A stretch of DNA of 50,841 bases from Clostridiales bacterium (GTDB lineage Bacteria; Bacillota; Clostridia; Christensenellales; SZUA-584): assembly GCA_029265435.1 (NCBI GenBank), contig JAJUJH010000004.1, forward strand, positions 1 through 50,841, read 5' to 3'. The position numbers were made by a program, and so were the translations under genes. Of this stretch, positions 39,093 through 45,560 are shown piece by piece (position 1 is the first letter of the stretch; every line of letters starts with the position of its first letter). The notes beneath the pieces were generated by a model. It did not search any database. It saw only the letters and a program-made list of their open reading frames with translations, and had not been told where the DNA came from.

Positions 39093-39743
39093 TTACGCCT
39101 GAAAACTCACATCATAATCCTTCGATATGATGATATCCGCCAAAAAACGATGCCCCGCTATAATCTTGTGCTCGGTTTTCAAAACATCCTCAATAAAAGG
39201 ATCGCTGGCCTCGCTGCCCCTGTTCCTCTTTTTCCTGTGCGCCAGTGTGTCCAGCCTGTTTCTGTTTATGAAGATTTTGCAGTCCACATGCCTTAACAGC
39301 GATGTATACGTTCCTTCCGCGATCACAACCTGTATGCCGTCCAAAACAATATCCTCATGCCCCACGCTGTTTTCGTCATAGCTGATAAGCGGCTTGCGTA
39401 TCACGTGCGCGCCGTTGATGGCCTCACGAATGTGCTGATTCAAAAGGTCTATGTTAACCTCCACATGCGGCCCGAGCCATTCGTCGTCCTCTCTCCTTTT
39501 CGCGTCGTTGGATTTCGGCGGCAGGAAGAAATAATCATCCTGGCCCAGTATTACTGAAGCCACTTGATGCTTTGCCAGTTCGTCGCTGATCGCCTTGGCC
39601 GTTTCCGACTTGCCGCTTCCCGATTCTCCCGACACCGTTATGATATATTTTCTTTCACGGGATATTTTCGGCAGAATGTGAGAAACAATCTTTTGGCCCG
39701 CTTCAATATGACACTTTTCCAATACGATAATATCGCCCTTCAT
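39093..39743 (-). CDS. P-loop kinase of the uridine kinase / phosphoribulokinase (PRK) family, substrate unknown
   Basis: Trimmed to ATG 39743, preceded by GAGGGGGG. Walker A VSGESGSGKSE, GQDDYF, VIAEG and KIFINRNRLDTLAHRKKRN are arranged as in Udk-like kinases; 216 aa. Confidence 0.7.
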   Translation of the reverse strand: MKGDIIVLEKCHIEAGQKIVSHILPKISRERKYIITVSGESGSGKSETAKAISDELAKHQVASVILGQDDYFFLPPKSNDAKRREDDEWLGPHVEVNIDLLNQHIREAINGAHVIRKPLISYDENSVGHEDIVLDGIQVVIAEGTYTSLLRHVDCKIFINRNRLDTLAHRKKRNRGSEASDPFIEDVLKTEHKIIAGHRFLADIIISKDYDVSFQA

Positions 39744-39824
39744 GAATACGCCCCCCTCAAAATCAATCTGCGGTTTTCCGAGGCTGCCGCCCCATGCCAT
39801 CCTTCAGCAGCTATTTTGTTTTAT

Positions 39825-39853
39825 ATTATATTGAAAAACCCGCTTCATGTCAA
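39825..39853 (-). promoter_or_regulatory. Consensus sigma-A promoter for the kinase/GH13_18 operon (TTGACA-17-TATAAT)
   Basis: Minus-strand reading gives -35 at 39853-39848, inside the palindrome 39847-39864, and -10 TATAAT at 39830-39825. Confidence 0.6.
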
Positions 39854-39864
39854 TCGCTTGACAT
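39847..39864. promoter_or_regulatory. 18-bp palindromic operator candidate ATGTCAA-TCGC-TTGACAT
   Basis: The 7-nt arms are perfect inverted repeats and overlap the -35 box, the same motif as at 34636. Confidence 0.5.
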
Positions 39865-40156
39865 TTCAAAAATTCCATTTTAACTGCTCATCGCACGGCC
39901 AATTCTCTTGTTTTACACTCACCGCAATCCACAAAACCGTAATTTGCATTCAAATTGCGTATTTTTTTGTCTCAACAAGCCGAATCCATATATGTTTACG
40001 CCGGTAATTATATCAAAAATATGTCATGCGCTTTACATTTTTTCCCGCGGTCATGCCGCCTTTTGTTCCAGCGCCGCAGTCCCCTTATCCTGTCACGGTT
40101 TGCTCCGGTTCGTTCTCAGCATGAAATTTCGTCAGGATTATATCGATATTTTTATA

Positions 40157-40185
40157 TTGACATTAAATTCACAATCTTGTATGAT
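40157..40185 (+). promoter_or_regulatory. Sigma-A promoter of adhE (TTGACA-17-TATGAT)
   Basis: TTGACA at 40157-40162 and TATGAT at 40180-40185, about 100 nt upstream of the adhE ATG. Confidence 0.55.
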
Positions 40186-40189
40186 TATA

Positions 40190-40207
40190 TTGTGAAATGG
40201 TTCACAA
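40190..40207. promoter_or_regulatory. Rex (redox-sensing repressor) operator TTGTGAA-ATGG-TTCACAA
   Basis: A perfect 18-bp palindrome matching the TTGTGAAnnnnTTCACAA Rex box. It lies immediately downstream of the -10 element of the adhE promoter. Confidence 0.75.
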
Positions 40208-40284
40208 ACATTTCTTTCGGCAGGCAGGGTAAATTAAGCCGTAAAGGTTTAATATAAAAATTTTAAATTAAGGAGAACCAAACG

Positions 40285-42879
40285 ATGGCTACCGAGAAAA
40301 AAGCGGAAGATTTGGCCGCCGTGATCGACGGTCTCGTAAAAAACGCGAACGAAGCGCTCAAAGCGTATATGACAATGGATCAGAAACAGGTGGACAGCAT
40401 GGTTCACGCCATGACGCTCGCCGGCCTTGACAACCATATGCGCCTTGCCAAGTTGGCCGTGGAGGAAACGGGGCGCGGTATTTTTGAAGACAAGGTCATC
40501 AAAAACATTTTTGCGACCGAATACATCTGGCACAGCATCAAAGACCAGAAAACCGTGGGCATCATCGACGAAAGCGAGCTTGAAGGTTATGTGGAAGTCG
40601 CGGAACCCGTCGGCATCATTGCAGGCGTCACTCCCGTGACCAACCCGACCTCCACCACGATGTTCAAGGCGCTGATCGCCGCGAAAACGCGCAACCCGAT
40701 CATATTCGCGTTCCATCCATCCGCACAGAAATGCTCCGTGGAATCCGCGAAGGTTTTGCGCGACGCCGCCGAAAAGCACGGCGGGCCGAAAAACCTGATT
40801 CAGTGGATCGAAACGCCTTCGATCGAGGCGACAAACGCGCTGATGAACCACCCGAATGTGTCTCTGATACTCGCCACAGGCGGCGCCGGCATGGTGAGAA
40901 GCGCGTACAGCGCCGGCAAGCCCGCGCTTGGCGTCGGGCCCGGCAACGTGCCATGCTACATCCATAAAGATGTGGATATCGAGCGGGCCTGCACCGACCT
41001 CGTCATATCCAAAACGTTCGACAACGGCATGATATGCGCGTCCGAACAGGCCGCGATCGTCCATAAGGATATCGCACCCGCCTTTGAAGCCGTCATGAAA
41101 AAACTCGGCTGCGTGTTTCTCGGTGAAGAGGACACGGCAAAGCTGACGAACTACATGATCAACACGGCAAAAATGGCGGTCAATCCCGATGTCGTCGGCA
41201 AATCGGCGGTATGGATCGCCGAAAAAGCGGGGATTAAGGTGCCCGCCGATACCAAAATACTGCTGGCAAAGCTTCCGAAGCCGGATATCGCCTATCCGCT
41301 CTCACTCGAAAAGCTGTCCCCCGTTCTCGCATACTTTATCGCGAAGGACGAAAAGCAGGGCTTTGAATACGCGAGCAGGATGCTGGAGCTCGGCGGACTT
41401 GGCCACAGCGCCGTGATTCACGCAAACGACGAGGCGCTGACAGTGAACTACGGCGAGTCCATGAAGGTGGGCCGCGTCATCGTCAACTCCCCCTCATCAC
41501 AGGGTGCAATCGGCGATATCTACAACACGAACACCCCGTCTCTGACGCTTGGATGCGGAAGCTTCGGACGAAACTCCACGACGTCCAACATTTCTTCCAT
41601 CAATCTGCTCAATAAAAAGCGCATCGCGCAGAGGAGAGTGAACATGCAGTGGTTCAAGATTCCGCCGAAAATCTACTTTGAAAACAATTCGGTGCAATAT
41701 CTCGCATCAATGCCGAATATCAGCCGTGCGTTTATTGTGACGGATCCGATGATGGTGAAGCTCGGTTATATCGACAAGGTGCTCCATTACCTGAGAAAGC
41801 GCGAGGTATACTGCCACAGCGAGATATTTGCCGATGTGGAGCCGGACCCGTCCGTCGAAACCATCATGCGGGGCGTGGAGGCGATGAACAAATTCAACCC
41901 CGACGTCATCATCGCGCTCGGCGGCGGCAGCGCCATCGACGCGGCAAAAGGCATGTGGCTGTTCTACGAGCACCCCGATACGGACTTTGAGGGTCTGAGG
42001 CTCAAGTTCCTCGATATCCGCAAGCGCGCGTTCCTGTTCCCGAACCTCGGCAAAAAGGCGCAGCTCGTCGCGATACCCACGACATCGGGCACAGGCTCCG
42101 AAGTGACGTCGTTCTCCGTCATTACCGACAAAAAGAACGGCAACGTGAAATACCCGCTTGCCGACTACGAGCTGACGCCCGACGTGGCGATCATCGATCC
42201 TCAGTTCGTGCGCACAATGCCGAAATCCATCACAGCGGATACCGGCATGGACGTATTGACGCACGCAATTGAGGCATATGTGTCGATACTCGCGTCCGAC
42301 TATACCAACGGCCTCGCAATGAAGGCGATCGAGCTCGTGTTCAAATATCTGCGGCGTTCGTATCACGACCCGGAAGATACGGTGGCGCGCGAGAAGATGC
42401 ATAACGCGTCTTGCATCGCGGGTATGGCGTTCACCAACGCGTTTCTCGGCATCAACCACTCGCTCGCGCACAAGCTGGGCGGCGAATACCACATTCCGCA
42501 CGGCCGCGCCAACGCGATACTCCTGCCTCATGTGATCGCTTACAACGCGCAGATGCCAACCAAGTTCGCGATATTCCCGAAGTACGGCAAATTTGTCGCG
42601 GACGAGCGCTACGCGCAGATCGCACGGTATCTGGGCTTCGGCGGCGCGACGAAGGAGGAGCAGGTCTCGAATCTCATCAAAGAGATCGTGAAGCTCATGA
42701 AAGACCTGAATATGCCGCTGACGATCGCCGAAACGGGCGTGGATGAAAAAGAGTTCCTGAGCAAGCTCGACGCGCTTTCGGAACGCGCGTTTGAAGACCA
42801 GTGCACCACGGCCAACCCGCGTTATCCGCTCGTCACCGAGCTTGCGGACATATACAAAAAGGCATACTACGGCAAATAA
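40285..42879 (+). CDS. adhE: Bifunctional acetaldehyde-CoA / alcohol dehydrogenase
   Basis: 864 aa. An N-terminal ALDH domain (catalytic Cys context FDNGMICASEQ) is fused to a C-terminal iron-containing ADH domain (GGGSAIDAAK, and His-rich ligands around AFLGINHSLAHKLGGEYHIPHG). Confidence 0.96.
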   Translation: MATEKKAEDLAAVIDGLVKNANEALKAYMTMDQKQVDSMVHAMTLAGLDNHMRLAKLAVEETGRGIFEDKVIKNIFATEYIWHSIKDQKTVGIIDESELEGYVEVAEPVGIIAGVTPVTNPTSTTMFKALIAAKTRNPIIFAFHPSAQKCSVESAKVLRDAAEKHGGPKNLIQWIETPSIEATNALMNHPNVSLILATGGAGMVRSAYSAGKPALGVGPGNVPCYIHKDVDIERACTDLVISKTFDNGMICASEQAAIVHKDIAPAFEAVMKKLGCVFLGEEDTAKLTNYMINTAKMAVNPDVVGKSAVWIAEKAGIKVPADTKILLAKLPKPDIAYPLSLEKLSPVLAYFIAKDEKQGFEYASRMLELGGLGHSAVIHANDEALTVNYGESMKVGRVIVNSPSSQGAIGDIYNTNTPSLTLGCGSFGRNSTTSNISSINLLNKKRIAQRRVNMQWFKIPPKIYFENNSVQYLASMPNISRAFIVTDPMMVKLGYIDKVLHYLRKREVYCHSEIFADVEPDPSVETIMRGVEAMNKFNPDVIIALGGGSAIDAAKGMWLFYEHPDTDFEGLRLKFLDIRKRAFLFPNLGKKAQLVAIPTTSGTGSEVTSFSVITDKKNGNVKYPLADYELTPDVAIIDPQFVRTMPKSITADTGMDVLTHAIEAYVSILASDYTNGLAMKAIELVFKYLRRSYHDPEDTVAREKMHNASCIAGMAFTNAFLGINHSLAHKLGGEYHIPHGRANAILLPHVIAYNAQMPTKFAIFPKYGKFVADERYAQIARYLGFGGATKEEQVSNLIKEIVKLMKDLNMPLTIAETGVDEKEFLSKLDALSERAFEDQCTTANPRYPLVTELADIYKKAYYGK

Positions 42880-42904
42880 ACAAATGCGTCATATTTCTCG
42901 GAAC

Positions 42905-42937
42905 GGCAAAGAGACGGCCGAATGCCGCCTCTTTGCC
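42905..42937 (+). terminator. Strong hairpin 25 nt after adhE (GGCAAAGAGACGGC-CGAAT-GCCGCCTCTTTGCC)
   Basis: 13 of 14 stem positions pair, with one A/C mismatch. No U-tract follows. The same arms recur at 43091-43123. Confidence 0.5.
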
Positions 42938-43050
42938 TCAGACTGTCAATAAATCTATAAATATCATTTGTGGGCAAGACGGGCTTTGCCCGCGCCGCCC
43001 ACACCTTGCGGTTTTGCGCCGTTTCGAGCTTGCGAGGAACAAGCAAAACC

Positions 43051-43089
43051 GGAAAACTGTCGGAAAACCGAAGGTTTTTCGACAAGCTG
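43051..43089. repeat. 39-nt dispersed repeat, copy A (contains mini-hairpin GAAAACC-GAA-GGTTTTC)
   Basis: GGAAAACTGTCGGAAAACCGAAGGTTTTTCGACAAGCTG. Its reverse complement matches 49820-49858 apart from 2-3 differences. Confidence 0.7.
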
Positions 43090-43090
43090 C

Positions 43091-43123
43091 GGCAAAGAGA
43101 CGGCGGAAAGCCGCCTCTTTGCC
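43091..43123. terminator. Second copy of the adhE-type hairpin, 7 nt beyond the stop of the minus-strand desulfurase gene
   Basis: GGCAAAGAGACGGC-GGAAA-GCCGCCTCTTTGCC, followed by TTTAT on the plus strand. Confidence 0.45.
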
Positions 43124-43129
43124 TTTATG

Positions 43130-44503
43130 TCAACGAGCGGCCAGTTCGCGCAGTGCGCAAACAAGCGCGTCGATATCCTCATACGTGTTATACATTCCGA
43201 TTGAAGCGCGAGCAGCGCTTGCAAGGCCGTAATGCGCGAGCGCGGGCTGCGCGCAGTGGCAGCCCGCACGCACCGCGATGCCGTGATCGTTGAGATGCCG
43301 CGCGATTGCCATCGGCTCCGCGTTGTCCATCACGAACGCCGCGACACTCGTTCGGCTCTCCGACGCGCCGATCAGCGTCAGCCCCGGTATGCGCGACAGG
43401 CCCTCCGTCATGTACCGCGTAAGCGCGTGCTCAAACGCGGCGATCCTGCCCATGCCCACTTCGTTTATATAATCGATGGCTGCGCCCAGCCCCACCGCGT
43501 CCGCAATATTGCCCGTGCCCGCTTCGAATTTCGCGGGAATCGGCTGATACTCCGTTTTTTCAAAGCTCACTTTTCTTATCATGCCGCCGCCGCTCTGATA
43601 CGGCGGCATGCTTTCAAGCAGCGCCTTTTTGCCATACAGCACGCCGATGCCCGTCGGCGCGTACACCTTGTGCCCCGAAAACACAAAAAAATCCGCGTCC
43701 ATCTCCCGCACGTCCACAGGCAGGTGCGGTGCGGACTGCGCGCCGTCCACGAGTATCAGCGCGCCGTGCCGGTGGGCGGCGTCCGCAATGATTTTCACCG
43801 GATTCACCGTTCCGAGCACGTTGGATACATGCGTCACGGCGCAAAGCCGCGTTCGCGGCGTGATCAGCCGTTCAAACGCATACGGATCGAGTTCTCCCGA
43901 CCAATCAAACGGCATGACCTTGATGACCGCGCCCGTTTTTTCGGCGGCGCGCTGCCAGGGCACGATGTTGGAATGATGCTCCATCTCGGTGAGCAGTATC
44001 TCGTCGCCGGGGTGAAGATTTGCGGCGCCCCAGCTCTCCGCCGCAAGATTGATGCCCTCCGTCGTGCCGCGCACGAAAATGATCTCTTCAGCCGACGCCG
44101 CGCCCAGAAAGGCGCGCACCTTCTCCCTCGCTTCCTCATAGCAAAGTGTGGCCCGCTGTGCGAGCGTGTGCGCGCCGCGATGCACGTTGGCGTTGCTTGC
44201 GCTGTAATAGCGGCTCACCGCGTCGATTACGCATTGAGGCTTCTGCGTGGTCGCCGCGTTGTCGAGCCAGACGAGCGGCTTGCCGTTCACCTTCGTTTTA
44301 AGTATCGGAAAATCATCGCGGACGAACGGCGCCGCAGGCGAAGGCTCCCGGCCCGCATTAACGGCCGGCGTAACGCTTTGCCGCATAAAAGGCATATCCT
44401 TGGGCATCTCTGCGTTTGGCCTTGCGGGCATTATGTCGCCTCGCAGAAAGCTTTCCGTCATTGCCTGCCGGACCCGCCATGGCGTATTGCTTGTCATCAT
44501 CAT
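43130..44503 (-). CDS. SufS/CsdA-type (group II) cysteine desulfurase with an N-terminal extension of about 60 aa; no suf/isc partners nearby
   Basis: DNAATTQKP, a PLP-lysine block SGHKVYAPTGIGVLYGK and the active-site RAGCHCAQP are present. The start is set at ATG 44503 (MMMTSN...), 5 nt after GGAGAGGAG. Confidence 0.85.
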   Translation of the reverse strand: MMMTSNTPWRVRQAMTESFLRGDIMPARPNAEMPKDMPFMRQSVTPAVNAGREPSPAAPFVRDDFPILKTKVNGKPLVWLDNAATTQKPQCVIDAVSRYYSASNANVHRGAHTLAQRATLCYEEAREKVRAFLGAASAEEIIFVRGTTEGINLAAESWGAANLHPGDEILLTEMEHHSNIVPWQRAAEKTGAVIKVMPFDWSGELDPYAFERLITPRTRLCAVTHVSNVLGTVNPVKIIADAAHRHGALILVDGAQSAPHLPVDVREMDADFFVFSGHKVYAPTGIGVLYGKKALLESMPPYQSGGGMIRKVSFEKTEYQPIPAKFEAGTGNIADAVGLGAAIDYINEVGMGRIAAFEHALTRYMTEGLSRIPGLTLIGASESRTSVAAFVMDNAEPMAIARHLNDHGIAVRAGCHCAQPALAHYGLASAARASIGMYNTYEDIDALVCALRELAAR

Positions 44504-44670
44504 ACCTGCTCCTCTCCGCATAATCGGGAACGCCGGAAATATTGTCCGCTGGCACTGCAGAGAAATAAAGGCTCGGAATATGCAAAACGATCCGCCCGAT
44601 ACCGCCGGGTCTCATCGTCATTCTCAAATACGGGCTTATCCATGCCATAGACGGGGCCGTATTGATTCAT
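44500..44670 (-). CDS. Hypothetical 56-aa ORF translationally coupled to the desulfurase gene
   Basis: Not in the ORF track (under 60 aa). The manual translation is MNQYGPVYGMDKPVFENDDETRRYRADRFAYSEPLFLCSASGQYFRRSRLCGEEQV. GAAGGGAAG lies upstream, and its TGA overlaps the desulfurase ATG (ATGA). Confidence 0.35.
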   Translation of the reverse strand: MNQYGPVYGMDKPVFENDDETRRYRADRFAYSEPLFLCSASGQYFRRSRLCGEEQV

Positions 44671-44921
44671 CGTTCTTCCCTTCTTACCCCAAAGCCGATA
44701 TGGCCTTGCGATTACTATATGAGCATGCCCTTTGCGCTGTGCGGCGCGCGTCCAGCCGTTCCGCCGACGAACACACCGCCCTGCATGAAACAGGCTTCAC
44801 ACAGGGCGGTTTGAAAAGAGGGTGGACACAGAAGCAAAGAGGGGGGCAAATGCGAACCGTTTGAATGTAAGGCCCGCCGCCTTGGCGAGCCTGCTCTCTA
44901 GGCTTCACAAAGAACGATCCG

Positions 44922-45131
44922 TCAGCACCACCAGCAGCGGCGGCAGACACAGCAGCACCAGCAGCGCTTCCTGCAGCCATAAGGCTTGTAATGGAAGCCC
45001 CGGATACCGTCTTTATCTTCCCACGGAACATATCCGCCGAATTCGGCGTTGTCCCGATCCGCGCCGTCAATTTCGCCGAAGCCTTGGGGCTCGTTCTTCG
45101 CATCAGGCCATTGAGGATATCCATCCGGCAT
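44922..45131 (-). CDS. Hypothetical 69-aa protein: acidic/aromatic N-terminal part plus a cationic Cys/Trp-rich C-terminal tail
   Basis: Track ORF 44922..45140 was trimmed to ATG 45131 after the SD-like GGGGGGTGA. The product is MPDGYPQWPDAKNEPQGFGEIDGADRDNAEFGGYVPWEDKDGIRGFHYKPYGCRKRCWCCCVCRRCWWC. Its upstream motif is shared with the 45659 micro-ORF. Confidence 0.5.
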   Translation of the reverse strand: MPDGYPQWPDAKNEPQGFGEIDGADRDNAEFGGYVPWEDKDGIRGFHYKPYGCRKRCWCCCVCRRCWWC

Positions 45132-45560
45132 AAGTGTCACCCCCCTCTATGCATATTGTATTCACAGAAAAAAAAAAGTGCGCTTATAATTCTTCATGTT
45201 CTTTCTCAGCGCTTCATTGCCGTTTTGTCTGTGATATTTCTCACTCCAATCTGCATAGAGTATACAAGCATATCAAACGAGGGTTTTGTATGAAGCGCGA
45301 AGAAGAAGATGATGAGATTATCATAAAAAAGATCACCGAAAAGCAAAAGCTCTCGGCTTATATCGGGCTTCAGAACGTACCGCTCAGAGAGGACGACCCC
45401 CGTATCAGCATCAGGTTTCCCATCAGCCTCCGGTTGTTCTGCGCCGCTTTTGCCGTATCGCGCATGGAAAAAAACAAAAACGAAGGGTGAGCCTGCGCCT
45501 CATGTATGGCCCGCCGCAGCGGCGAGCCGTTTGGGGAACTCGGTCTTTTGCCGCCGGGCT

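Noticed and set aside
44684-45124. 146-aa minus-strand ORF overlapping the 69-aa gene in another frame
   Set aside because: It has no SD before its start, an Ala/Gly/Ser low-complexity centre and no motif. It overlaps the ORF that carries the conserved upstream signal. It is retained only as the alternative to be excluded by comparative analysis.
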